Below are positions 44,790 to 56,900 of a stretch of 64,000 nucleotides of DNA, piece after piece (positions within the stretch are counted from its first letter, which is position 1; each line of letters begins with the position of its first letter). Made by a program: the position numbers and the translations under genes. Source of the stretch: Eledone cirrhosa (Eukaryota); contig OZ024749.1 in NCBI GenBank assembly GCA_964016885.1, positions 10,726,001-10,790,000 of the forward strand, given 5' to 3'. The notes beneath the pieces are model-generated. The model searched no databases. It saw only the letters and a list, made by a program, of their open reading frames with translations, and was not told the DNA's origin.

Positions 44790-45585
44790 ATGAGTTTTAA
44801 TAGTGCCTGCAATGTCTGCATACTTATTGATCTTTTCCATTTCTTTTTCAGCCACATTGTGGTCTTGAGGGCTCACAATATCAATTAGAGTCCATTATGG
44901 AGAGAGTTGTTTGTTTTTACAACAATATCAGAGGGGTTGTGTTGGACTTAGTGTGTGGTCTTGATCTGAAGGTCCTAAAACAACTCTACTCCCTCACTGA
45001 TAGGCCAGATTCAAGAGGAGTATGGTCATACCACTGACATTGTGTTTTTATGTTGTATTTTTTGCACAACTCCCAATGGTAAACTCTTTTTGCTATAAAA
45101 ATATGCCAGATTTTATAACATCTTTTTGCTAATTTCTTACATCCACTAGCAATATGTGTCACAGATTCGTCTGCTTTATGACATACTCTGCAGAGTGAGG
45201 AGTAATTTTGTCAATTGATGTAATCTTTTACTCAATTGGTTCTGACTGCTTGGTCTTGTGCGACAGTAATAATAGACTTGGTGCTCTTTTTAACCCAACC
45301 TCACCTAAGCCAAAGCCAAGACCTAGGATAAGCAATGTCTTTAATGGCAAAGGGAAAATTGCCATGGAGAGCCTTTTCTTTCCATGCCTATTGTTGTTTC
45401 TCTCTAAAGTCTTTGTTGCATGCTTTCTCACCTTGACTTTCTTTTATAAAGTCTTCCTTCAGAACTTCTCTGAATAGAGGTTCTTCAATTAATGTTAGAT
45501 ATCCTGTTTCTTCAATTTGGGACATACTTTCAACATCAAGCATTTCAATATCATCGATCTCAACCAATTTGCCCTTTTTCATTGA
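44790..45585 (-). mobile_element. R4/Dong-clade non-LTR retrotransposon remnant: late RT fragment, CCHC finger, RLE endonuclease
   Basis: Hand translation gives WKEKALHGNF, AQDQAVRTN, CRVCHKADESVTHIASGC and TLIDIVSPQDHNVAEKEMEKINKYADIA. Multiple stops. Confidence 0.8.
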
Positions 45586-46108
45586 TTAAGAAATACAATG
45601 TAACTTCAAAGCCTGATATTCCATCAATCAAAGAAACGCTGAAACAGAAAGTTCAGTTGAAAGCGCAAAGAATCAGAAAATTTGAAAAACGAAATAGGTT
45701 TTACTGGCAAAATAAGCTGTTTTTGTTTGATGCAAAAAGGTTTTACAGAGAAATTGGGACACAGTTCAAGTAAAGGAACCTCCTTCAATTCATGAAATTG
45801 AAGAATTCTGGAAAGCAGTATGGAGTACAGAAAAATCCCATAATGCAACTGCAGAATGGGTAAAGAACATGGATGAAACATATGATACTTTATAAAGACA
45901 GACTTAGCAAGACATAACTACGGAAGAACTGGAGTTGGCACTAAAAGCCAACAAGTGGAAATCTCCCGGAGTTGATAAAGTGCCAAACTTCTGGTTATCT
46001 TCTCTAACTTCTACCCATGATATGTTGATAAAGTGTTATAACGAAATTATGCACAATCCTGAAAAACCCTGATTGGTTTGCACAAGGTATAATATATCTC
46101 TTACCAAA
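45586..46108 (+). mobile_element. R4/Dong-clade pre-RT/RT N-terminal remnant in the opposite orientation
   Basis: KAQRIRKFEKR..QNKLF..KRFYREI, IEEFWKAVWS, KWKSPGVDKVPNFWL, QGIIYLLP. Confidence 0.8.
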
Positions 46109-46114
46109 TTGCTT

Positions 46115-47640
46115 GTCAGATTTAGATGTGTGATGCTCGGATATGGCATTTTAATCCTGCTAGAGACTTGCAGTCCTTCGCACATTGACAACAACTATTA
46201 TGAATCTCCCTAGTTTCAGGTCTTGCATCAGGTTGTCTGTGAACCTTCACAATACTGTGGAGATCATAGTTCACTAGTTCTCTTTGAACATGATTGTGAC
46301 TGTGGCTCCTGAGACCAGATTTGTTCAAGCAAATTTTTCCACACTCAGGGCACTTCAATTCAATGGAGACAGAGATCATTCCGTGAGATACACCAGGGCA
46401 TTGCTTACGCACATCCAGTTTGATCTTCTCGTGCTCTATGCATCTGTCCTCAAAATTATGGACCCCATCATCACCATTCCATGCCAAGTTTCTCTTTCAA
46501 GAGCTTCTATCTCCCAGTCAGCCACAATCAAACCAGATTTTTCAATGAGTCCTTTACACAATCTTTGAATCAGAGCCTTGGCTTGTGGGGTCGTCTCTTA
46601 CCTTTACAAAGCTTGCCATACAAAAGTTGTTTCGAGATTTGATCATCCTCCATTCTGCAGAGGTGTTCAGTCCATCGCAAATGCTGTTAATGGATGATAC
46701 TCTCAATGCTCCGACACTCACTTCTCTCAAGGACCTCAACATTACTCACATGCATCTGCCACTTGATACCAAGCATCTTTCTGAGACACTGCTGGTGAAA
46801 TCGTTCCAGTCTTTTGATAAGCCATTTGTAGGCAACCCATGTCTAACACACATGCAGTATACACTCTCACCTTGGTCTTCATTGTGATTCCTCGCCTACA
46901 CCAAAGACGGTCACTGAGCCTTCCAAATGACTCACTTGCTTTACTAACATGTAGACCAACTTCTGCATCCAGAGAGCAGGTCACACTCAGAGTACACCCC
47001 AAATACACAAATCTGTCAGCAATCTTCAGCTTTTGACTGTATATATATATATGGAGGGTTCATTGAAAACTTTATCCAGAGTAGGTTGGTACATGATGAC
47101 AGTCTTCTTCAGACTGATTGTCAGTCCCAAAGTACTGCACACATTGGAAAAAGAATCCATAAGGTGTTGCATGTCACTCTGGGCGTGTGCAAAGAGATCA
47201 CAGTCATCTGCATACAGAAATTCTCTGATCAGCAGTGAGACACCTGAGGTTAAACAGCTTGCCAGAAGTGCAATATCTGAGATAGATACTGTGTTGACAA
47301 TCCTTGAAGGCCATGAAGAACACCATTGCGAAATACAAGGCAAACAAAGTTGGCGCAGGTATATCACCTTGCTTGACACCATTTTCAACCAAGATTGGCT
47401 CAGACAGTTTACTTCTGATGTTTACCCATTCTTGCATGTCATCGTGGAAGAGCTTGAGTATGTTCCCAAACTTTTCAGGACAGCCCAATCTCTCCAAAAT
47501 AATCCTCAAATCCTTCTGATTTACTGTGTCAGATCGACAAAAACTTGGTATAAGTCCATGCACTGCTCAATGCATTTCTCTTGAAGCTGTTTGGCCGAGA
47601 AGACCATTCAACAGTGCCTCTTCCATTCTTAAAGCCAATG
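46115..47640 (-). mobile_element. RTE (BovB-like) LINE ORF2 remnant: RT plus C-terminal C2H2 fingers
   Basis: GVKQGDIPAPTLF, FLYADDC, GLTISLKKT, YLGCTLS, CPECGKICLNKSGLRSHSHNH. Frameshifted. Confidence 0.92.
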
Positions 47641-47644
47641 TATG

Positions 47645-47709
<65 letters not shown>

Positions 47710-47772
47710 GTATGTGTATATATATATATATGTATGTATATATATATGTATGTATATACATACATATATATT

Positions 47773-48270
47773 GTCAGGTCGCTCTTTAGCACTACTGGTA
47801 ACATGTAACCCAGTACAACCTGTGCATGGTTGGATCATTGATGACTAAACTGGCAACCCTTCCAAGCTTGCTTTGTGAGGAGGGTGATTTTGGACACCTT
47901 GTGGGATGAAAAACAAGACCTGTCAAAGGGCAGAGGAGCTCAAGAGAGTCAATGGCCATCCATAAAGTATTTTTTTCTTTTTTTGTGTGTAGTGAGAGAC
48001 TCCTAGTCTTCATTAAGACATCTCTCTAGGAGAAGGTCGCTCTGATATAAAACCTGTGACTTTGTTTGCAACCAATGATGTAGATCAGTTCTACTTTTGG
48101 GGCAAATGTATTTGATGTTCAGAGAGTGGGATTGGCCCCGTGCAAAGCCATTCTTCACTTAAAAAAGCTTCAAGCACAGGCATCGCTTGATATATAACAT
48201 TTTTTGTGATGCATGGTATTGCTGACCTTAGACAAGTCCCTATCAGGACTAAAAGGCCACATCCATGATG
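47773..48270 (+). mobile_element. Non-coding interspersed repeat, probably a non-autonomous RTE-derived element
   Basis: Similar to 53563-53925 (ctactggtaacatgtaacccagtacaacctgt..ctaggagaagg..taaaacctg). Confidence 0.65.
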
Positions 48271-48947
48271 CTCATGTATAAGTATCAGGTGATGGCATTA
48301 CTCAAAATCGAGTTGCAGCCATTATGTATGTATGAATGGATGGATGCATGTGACACTAGACTATGTCATTGGAATTTAAACAACATCAATTAGGTAGATA
48401 TGCACGTGTGTGTGTCTGTGCAAGTATGGATATTATTGTATGTGTAGATGTGTATGTTTTGAGTTATATGTATGTATGTATGCATGCTTGTATGTGTATG
48501 TGTATATAAACATTAAAATTAGTTTTATAGATTTCCAATTTGAAAACCAAATGAAACAGATCATTAAAAGCAATAGTAAACATTAATGAGAGAATTATAT
48601 AGTGTAGATTAATACTGGCTACTACCCTATCAAACAATTGGCTATTAGTACAGCATTGTGTGTGTGTAAATATATATAAACACACACACTCACACACATA
48701 TATATTTACATATAACCCACATACATATATAACATTAACAAGCCATCAGATGAGACAAAGGAAACCATATTTTTCTTGGGCTTTCCATTGCTTACTCTCT
48801 TTCTACACACATATAGTATTAACACCATCATCATCGTCATGTAAGATATACACCCATTGTTTATCTGAGATATCAGTAGCTCCACTTGAATACTGACTTG
48901 GTCTGGGAAGACCAATCCTTGCTCCTTGCTAGCAGTGAAGATGGATG

Positions 48948-48989
<42 letters not shown>

Positions 48990-49059
48990 GTGAGGTTTGT
49001 TTTACAAAATGAAAAATAACCGAGGTGTCCTACACAAGTGAAAGTATATAGAAAAAAAG

Positions 49060-49323
49060 ATGAAATCAAAAATGCAATTGGAGTCTTATTTTTTTTAAAA
49101 TATATATATTTATTTGGTTCCTTTACCGGTTTCACAGTTCTTCTGCTTTTCAAAAGTAGAGTTGAGATGGAGGGTCTGTGGCTTTTCTCACATGAGAAAA
49201 ACCACAGACCCTCCATCTCAACTCACCTTTTGAAAAGCCACAGACCTGTGAAACCGGTAAAGGAACCAAATAAATATATATATTTTTTAAAAAATAAGAC
49301 TCCAGTTGCATTTTTGATTTCAT
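49060..49323. repeat. Fold-back palindrome (~131 bp arms, 2 bp loop), Penelope-like
   Basis: atgaaatcaaaaatgcaa..ttttctca|ca|tgagaaaa..ttgcatttttgatttcat. Confidence 0.92.
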
Positions 49324-49324
49324 T

Positions 49325-49475
49325 AAAGTGGTCGTGGAGGTGCCACGGCAAAAAACCACCCAGCACTCACTGTAAATGTGGTTGGTGTTAGGAAGGGCAT
49401 CCAGCTGTAGAAATCAAGCCAGAATCAGTTCCCGTCCCACCCTTGCAAGCAGGGAAAAGTGGGCGTAAAATGAAA
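49325..49475 (+). mobile_element. 3' fragment of the 44417-type SINE
   Basis: aaagtggtcgtggaggtgccacggc..aggaagggcatcc..gcgtaaaatga. Confidence 0.85.
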
Positions 49476-49607
49476 TGAAATATATATATATATATATCAA
49501 TCATCATCATCTATATATAACATTCCTTACATTAAACTACAACTATGTTGACAATCTTTAAATAATGTCTTCCTTGTGAAATTTGTGGTCTTGTTTTGCT
49601 TAACTAA

Positions 49608-49687
<80 letters not shown>

Positions 49688-49690
49688 TAG

Positions 49691-49923
49691 ATGTAATCTG
49701 AGTTTTTCAAATATTAATAATAATATTCCATTCATTTGCAATTATGCAAACAGTATCTTTTAAGCCATGTAGAATGGGCCCCTCATTCTTGCTCTTGTGT
49801 TTACATGCCAACACAAGAGCAAGAATGAGGGGCTCATTCTACTGACATGGCTTAAAAGATACTGTTTGTATAATTGAAAATGAATTGAACATTATTATTA
49901 ATATTCGAAAACTCAGATTACAT
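49691..49923. repeat. Fold-back palindrome (~111 bp arms, 8 bp loop)
   Basis: atgtaatctgagtttt..gctcttgtgtt|tacatgcc|aacacaagagc..aaaactcagattacat. Confidence 0.92.
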
Positions 49924-49964
49924 TTATTGTATTCAGCCATGTAGAGTGATAACTTTCTGTTAGT

Positions 49965-50150
49965 TATTATTTGGCAGTATCGCTAGAGAGTCGGATGCCA
50001 TGCTTTCCAGCATAGTTACGTCCCTTTACGGTTTGAGTTCAAATCCCGCTGAGGTTCACTTTGCCTTTCATCCTTACGGGGTTGATAAAATAAAGTACCA
50101 GTAATGTACTGGGTAATTGCCGGCCTTGTGCCAAAAGTAGAAACAATTAT
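49965..50150 (+). mobile_element. tRNA-derived SINE with gcctttcatcc..gataaa core (Nin-like by recollection)
   Basis: A-box-like tggcagtatcg, B-box gagttcaaatcc, (ATT)n tail. A second copy lies at 36690. Confidence 0.85.
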
Positions 50151-50168
50151 TATATATATATATATATA

Positions 50169-50361
50169 ATGTAAAGTTATGTTGGTACCACAACATCCAG
50201 CCCGAAACAAACGAGGTTGTGTTAAGAAGGGCATCCAGCCGTAGAAAACCCGCCAGACAATCCTATGCGAGCAAGACAACCACTCTTGCCTCAAGTGGGA
50301 AAACTCCCGTCCGAACCCATGCGAGCATGGAATATGGACGTTAAACGATGATGATGATGAT
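50169..50361 (+). mobile_element. RTE 3' UTR copy lacking the complete A+B cassette
   Basis: Same head (tgtaaagttatgttgg) and tail as the 21641 copy, but joins directly to aagaagggcatcc. Confidence 0.85.
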
Positions 50362-51081
50362 ATCAAGAATGTAGAGATTGCTAAGAATGTAAGCTTTACA
50401 TGTAGCAGTTGCACTGGAACAGTAAGCAGCAAATGACCGCAGGAAACAAGTGCTATCAAATTCAGGGAGGGCTCTGTAGAAACAGTAGACAGCTTCTGCT
50501 ACCTAGGTGACCGAATTAGTAGCGGTGGTGGGTGTTCTGAAAGTACAGTAGCTAGAGTAAGATGGAGGAAGTTGAGGGAGCTACTACCACTGGTGGCTAC
50601 AAAAGGCTTCTCCCTCAGAATGAAAGACAGACTGTATGATGCGTATGTACGAAAAACTATGTTACATGGTAGTGAGACCTGGGCACTGAGTGCAGAAGAC
50701 TTGCGTAGATTGGAAAGAAATGAAGCTTGCATGCTCCGATGGTTCTGTAATAGTAATATACGAGAACGGCAAAGCATAAACAAATTGAGAGAGAGACTGA
50801 GCATAAGAGGAATCAAATGCTGTGTGCAGAAGAGGAGGTTGCATTGGTATGGACATGTGATGCATATGAAGGATCACAGCTGCATAAAAAGGTGCAGAGC
50901 ACTAGAAGTCGATGGAAGCTGTGGAATGAGGAGACCCAAGAAGACCTGGGATGAGGTGATAAAAGCCGACCTTACCCAATTACACCTCTCAAAGGCGATG
51001 ACATACGACCATGACCTCTGGCGTCACGCAGTAATACAGAAGACCCAACCCTCCACGGGTACAAGCCGAAGCTGAAGCTGA
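50362..51081 (+). mobile_element. RTE-clade LINE, 5'-truncated ORF2 3' end with (GCTGAA)n tail
   Basis: VDSFCYLGD..WRKLRELLPL..MLHGSETW..RRLHWYGHVM..KTW; ends gaagctgaagctgaa. Confidence 0.93.
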
Positions 51082-51370
51082 ATATATATATATTAATAAT
51101 GTAATCAAATACTGTACAAGATATGTTCTATATATGAGTGTGTTATTTCACACACACACACTCACATTTATAGTGGTTGTATATAAACCTTGCTAGCAAG
51201 GAAAATATAAATTAAATGATGATTATGATGTGTGTATATATATACACATCTATAAATATTATACACACACAGTAATATACACACATGAATATATATCTTC
51301 ATAGTACTTAACCAAATCAATGAAATCTCTATTTACTTATATATATATATATATATATATATAGTAATAA

Positions 51371-51405
<35 letters not shown>

Positions 51406-51569
51406 TTTACTTATATATTTATATATACTTTTTTTTTTCTGATTCCTAATATATTCATTTATTTATTTCTATTGAACAGTAAAACTGCTAAAACTTGTTT
51501 TGAAATGAAAAAACAAAATCAATGTCTTGTGTGATAGAACCAATTCTACAAACCAAATATATATATATA

Positions 51570-52318
51570 TCATCATCATCATCATCATCATCGTTTAACG
51601 TCCGTGTTCCACGCTTGCATGGGTTTGGACGGGGGTTTTCCCACTTGAGGCAAGAGTGGTTGTCTTGCTCGCATAGGACTGTCTGGCGGGTTTTCTACGG
51701 CTGGATGCCCTTCCTAACACCAACCACATTTACAGTGTGGGGCTGGGAGGTTTTTACCGTGTTGCCTACACGCCCACATTACAACGTGGACTATCTGGCA
51801 TGTTTTCTACAGCTGGATGCCCTTCCTAACACCAACCACATTTACAGTGTGGGGCTGGGAGGTTTTTACCGTGTTGCCTACACGGCCACATTACAGCGTG
51901 GACTGTGTGTTTTTTTGACGTGACACCTACACGATCTCATTTGTTTCGGCCTGGATGTTGTGGCACCAACATAACTTTACATTGAAAGGGGCGGTGTGGA
52001 TGGGGTGGGGGTGGTGGGACGGGGGTGTATTTTGTTAGAGATGCCTACTGACTGTAGTAGGTTTTACTTTGTATTTAGGTAAGGCGGGTCTTCTCTATTA
52101 CTGAGTACCGCCAAAGGTCTCGGTCCAGTGACATTGTCTTGGAGAGGTGTAAGTGTGTGAGGTCGGAATTTATCATGTCGTCCCAGGTTTTTCTGGTTCT
52201 GCCTACTCTGTGGCTACCGTCTATCTTTATTGCCCTGCACTTTGTTATACAGCTATCGTCCTTCATGCACATCACGTGACCATACCAACGTAGCCTTCTC
52301 TCGAGTAAACAACATCTG
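51570..52318 (-). mobile_element. RTE-clade LINE 3' end: ORF2 C-terminus (stop at 52075) plus ~500 bp 3' UTR with two 112-bp units and (GAT)n tail
   Basis: RRLRWYGHVMCMKDDSCI..GRTRKTWDD..DRDLWR is contiguous with the UTR family seen at 21641, 31180, 32494 and 34353. Confidence 0.9.
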
Positions 52319-52329
52319 ATATATATATA

Positions 52330-52869
52330 TAAATATCTTTAAGTCGTTTGGAAGCCTCGACAATGCAAATGGGTAAATCTCCGGGTAACAAGATCCGGTG
52401 GTGGAGAGAGAGATGTAAGTGGGTGTACGTTGAGATGCGTGGCGTGTATAAGACGTGTAGAGGAATGAAGGAAAGAGTATAAAGGATAAAATAAAAATAA
52501 CAACACGAGAGAGAGTTACCTTGGGAGAGATTTAATTGTCCCTATATATTTCGGATTCACATCCATCAACTGGGTTTTTTTTCCGGGGTGGGGGAAAGGT
52601 TGTCTGTCGGAAAGGTGCGAAATGAGTCCTCCACTGTTTGTTGTTTTGAAACAAACGGATGTGAATCCGAAATATATAGGGACAATTAAATCTCTCCCAA
52701 GGTAACTCTCTCTCGTGTTGTTATTTTAATTTTATCCTTTATACTCTTTCCTTCATTCCTCTACACGTCTTATACACGCCACGCATCTCAACATACACCA
52801 CCGGATCTTGTTACCCGGAGATTTACCCATTTGCATTGTCGAGGCTTCCAAACGACTTAAAGATATTTA
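52330..52869. repeat. Large inverted repeat (arms 52330-52564 and 52657-52869, ~92 bp spacer)
   Basis: Arms are near identical apart from one short indel. Confidence 0.93.
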
Positions 52870-52931
52870 CCTATTATTCCACAATGCTTCAAGCAAACTT
52901 CAATACTCTCTTATATATATATATATGTATA

Positions 52932-52966
<35 letters not shown>

Positions 52967-53425
52967 TCAGCTTCAGCTTCGGCTTGTACCCGTGGAGGGT
53001 TGGGTCTTCTGTATTACTGCGTGACGCCAGAGATCATGGTCGTATGTCATCGCCTTTGAGAGGTGTAATTGGGTAAGGTCGGCTTTTATCACCTCATCCC
53101 AGGTCTTCCTGGGTCTCCCCATTTCGCGGCTTCCATCGACTTCTAGTGCTCTGCACCTTTTTATGCAGCTGTCATCCTTCATACGCATCACATGTCCATA
53201 CCAATGCAACCTTCTCTTCTGCACACAGCATTTGATTCCTCTTATGCCTAGTTTGTCTCTCAGATTATTTATGGTTTGCTGTTCTCATATATTACTATTA
53301 CAGAACCATCGGAGCATGCAGACTTCATTTCTTTCCAATCTACGCAAGTCTTCTGCACTCAGTGCCCAGGTCTCACTACCATGTAACATAGCTTTTCGTA
53401 CACATGCATCATACAGTCTGTCTTT
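52967..53425 (-). mobile_element. RTE-clade LINE 3' fragment, same family as 50362-51081
   Basis: Near-identical translation (KDRLYDA..QPSTGTSRS) and (GCTGAA)n tail. Confidence 0.93.
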
Positions 53426-53562
53426 GATCATGGAACACCTCAAATCGTTTATAATTATTCCCAACTGGGAAGACATCATTTTCACTTTGTTATATAAAAA
53501 CAATAGCTCAGATATGTATGTATGTGTGTATGTTTGTATGTATGTAAGTATGTATGTTTGCG

Positions 53563-53925
53563 TGCTACTGGTAACATGTAACCCAGTACAACCTGTCGCA
53601 TGGTCGGGTCGTCGGCGACTAAACCGGCAACCCCACCAAGTTTACTTGGTGAGGAGGGTGATTTTGGACACCCTGCAGGACAAATAACAAAACCTGACAA
53701 AGGGCGGAAGAACTCATAAGAGTCAACGGCCATCCGAAAGTGTGTAAATATGTATATACACATGTACCGCGCGGTTAAACCACTGGGAGTGAAGGACCCC
53801 TAGCCTTTGTCAGGGCATTCTTCTAGGAGAAGGCAACTCAGGAAACTGGGATAATTCCGCTATAAAACCTGCGGCTCAGTAGTTTCCGATGACGTTGATC
53901 TTTTCTTCTTTTTAGGTTATAGCTA
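53563..53925 (+). mobile_element. Second copy of the 47773 repeat, ending where the Gypsy remnant begins
   Basis: Direct similarity to ~47790-48100. Confidence 0.65.
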
Positions 53926-53939
53926 CGCCTAGTCGATGA

Positions 53940-56900
53940 TATTACTGGTTTTTCTCTTTGTGGCAGGACGGCGGAATTTTCTACAGTTAGCCCGACATTC
54001 TTCATTGCTAACTCCGGAAACTCATATCATGGATTGTTGAAATCATTCCCGTAACTGACTCATGAAAATTTTAGAGTCACTGATCCAGGCCATGCCACGG
54101 AGGATTTTATTACTACAACTGGCGCTCGGGTTTTTTCGCGTCCCCATCGATTGCCAGCGGACAAACTGAAAGCAGCACGTTCCGAGTTCGATCATATACT
54201 ACAGCTCAGAATTATTCGTCCTTCCACGAGCCCGTGGGCATCTCCATTACATATGGTGCCAAAATCTTCTGGCGATTGGAGAGCCACTGGAGATTATAGA
54301 AGATTAAACTCGATGACCGTACCGGATCGGTATGCTATCCTTCATTTGCAGGATTTTGCATCCTTGTTGCAAGGTTGCAACATTTTTTCGAAGCTCGATT
54401 TGATACGAGCCTATAACCAAATTCCTGTCAACAGAGACGACATCCCGAAAACGGCTATAACTACGCCATTTGGATCTTTCGAATTTCTCACCATGCCTTT
54501 TGGGTTAAGGAATGCTGCTAGCACCTTCCAGCTATTTATGGATGAGGTCACTCGCGGCCTCGACTTTGTAAACACCTACATTGATGACCTTCTTGTTGCG
54601 AGCTCTTCTCCAGAGCAACATTTGCGCCATCTGGAACTTCTATTTTGTTGTTTGAAGAATTACAATGTTCGGATTAATCCATCAAAATGTGTTTTTGGTT
54701 CCGAATCTTTGAATTTTTGGGGTCACGTCATTGACGCTGACGGCATTCGACCTATTCCTGAGAGAGTTAAAGCTATAGAGGATTTGCCTCCACCAAACTC
54801 ACTTCGTCAGTTGCGCCAATTCTTGGGGCTGATTAATTTTTATAGGCGGTTTGTGCCTAATTGCGCTGAGCTGCTCTTCTCTTTGACAAAAATTTAGAAA
54901 AATTGCCGAAAGAAAAATAGAGACATTTCATTGAATGAAACTCAGCTCCAGGATTTTGAGAGTGCGAAAATTGCTCTAGCCAATGCATCTTTGCTGGCTC
55001 ACCCAGTGTCCAACGCTAAGCTTTCGCTTTGTGTTGATGCGTCAGATACTGCCGTGGGCGCAGTTTTGCAACAAAGTAGGAACGATCAACAGCAACCATT
55101 TGAATTTTTCTCCAGGAAGCTGAAACCTGCCGAAACCCGCTACAGCACCTTTGGACGGGAGTTGCTAGCAATATATTTATCAGTGAAACATTTTTCGCAC
55201 ATGCTTGAGGGAAGAACGTTTACCATCTTCACGGACCCCAAGCCATTGACATTCGCCTTGCAAGCAAAGGCAGACAAATACTTGCCTAGAGAAACTAGAC
55301 ATCTTGACCTCATCTCTCAGTTTACAAATGATATTCAACATATTCCGAGTTCTATGAATACAGCGGCTGACACCCTGTCACATTTGCCGATTACTTCGAT
55401 CTCGTCATCCGATGACATAGATTTGAATCGCTTGGCAGCCGATAAGCCTACCCTCGAATTGTTGGATGTTACATCACCTGAATTTGTGAATTGCAGGATG
55501 AAATACCTACCTTTACCGACCGCAGACGGACGGATCCTCTGCGACGTCTCTTTGGATACGCCACGCCCTTTTGTTCCGTTGAACCATCGTCGAACTGTGT
55601 TTCTTGTTTTGCACGGCATTTCACATCCTGAATCTTCTGCAACAGTAAAACTCATAACAGCTAGATTCTTCTGGCCAAATATGAGACGTGAAATTACTAT
55701 CTGGTGCCGTTCCTGTTTTGCTTGCCAGAAATCGAAAGTTCATAGATATATTAAGACTCCTCTTGGTACCTTTAGTAACCCGGACGCCCGGTTTCACCAC
55801 ATTCATGTGGACATCGTGGGACCTTGGCCCATCAGCGGTGGTTACAATTACTTATTGACGGTAATCGATCGTTTTTCGCGATGGCCTGAAGCCATCCCCT
55901 TGAGGGATATCACTGCTGAGACCACAGCGCGTGCCCTTGTGTCTGGATGGATTGCTCGATATGGAGTGCCAACGTCAATTACCACGGATCGTGGAAGGAA
56001 GTTTCAACTACTGCACATCATCCTGCCTCTAATGGAATGATGGAGCGTTTCCACCGACAACTGAAAGCCGCTCTATAGACTTCTCCTGACTCTCCCTATT
56101 GTGTTGTTGGGGATTCGGTCAACAATAAAGGAGGACCTTGGGTTCTCCCCGGCCGAATTGTTATATGGTGCTCCTCTAGCATTACCTGGGCAAATACTTG
56201 CCCCTGTCGATCTTGCTGAACAGGATCCGCTTTCCTACGTGTCCCGTCTGCGTTCTTATTTTCAGGACTTGCCGCCGATGGATACGAGGAAGCAAACTGT
56301 AAAATATGCTGTCCCGAGAGATATTGCCTCGTGGACCCATGTGTTTGTGAGAAACGATGCCGTGAAACCACCTCTCACACAACCATACTCTGGACCCTAC
56401 CGTGTATTAGCTCGTTCAGAGAAACATTTTACTGTAGACATTAAGGGTTCCAGAGAGACGGTTTCGATTGATAGACTCAAACGAGCACATTTGGATACAG
56501 ATGCTATCACACCTGAGCCACAAACGCCTCCGTCTTTTTCTTTCACACACACACCTGCTTCTTCGTCTTCCCCATCACCAAGATATAAGACTATGACCCG
56601 TTCCGGTCGGAGGGTTCATTGGCCCAAAAAACTGTGTAGCACGGTATATTTTTAAACTGCTATTGTGCGGTGCTTTAATCCTGTAGTGACTTTTGGAACT
56701 TTTAGGAAATTGTATTTACATTTTATTACATTTGTTTTTTCCTTTCACGTTCTTGCATGCTTGTTTAATATGTATTTTTAAAATTTGTTGTGCCCTTCAT
56801 GCTCGGTTGGGCTGATTGCTCCTTGGTTTGGGATTTTTGCTGGTTGCTAATCGGTTTTTCTACATACATGATACGATGAACGGACTTTTATTTACTTTTC

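Noticed and set aside
46122-46487. Host C2H2 zinc-finger gene
   Set aside because: The fingers are the C-terminus of the frameshifted RTE ORF2 on the same strand.
53563-53640. HDV-like or twister ribozyme at the head of the 47773/53563 repeat (hairpins TACTGG/CCAGTA, GTCG/CGAC-TAA)
   Set aside because: I could not build the required pseudoknot by eye; a covariance-model search would be needed.
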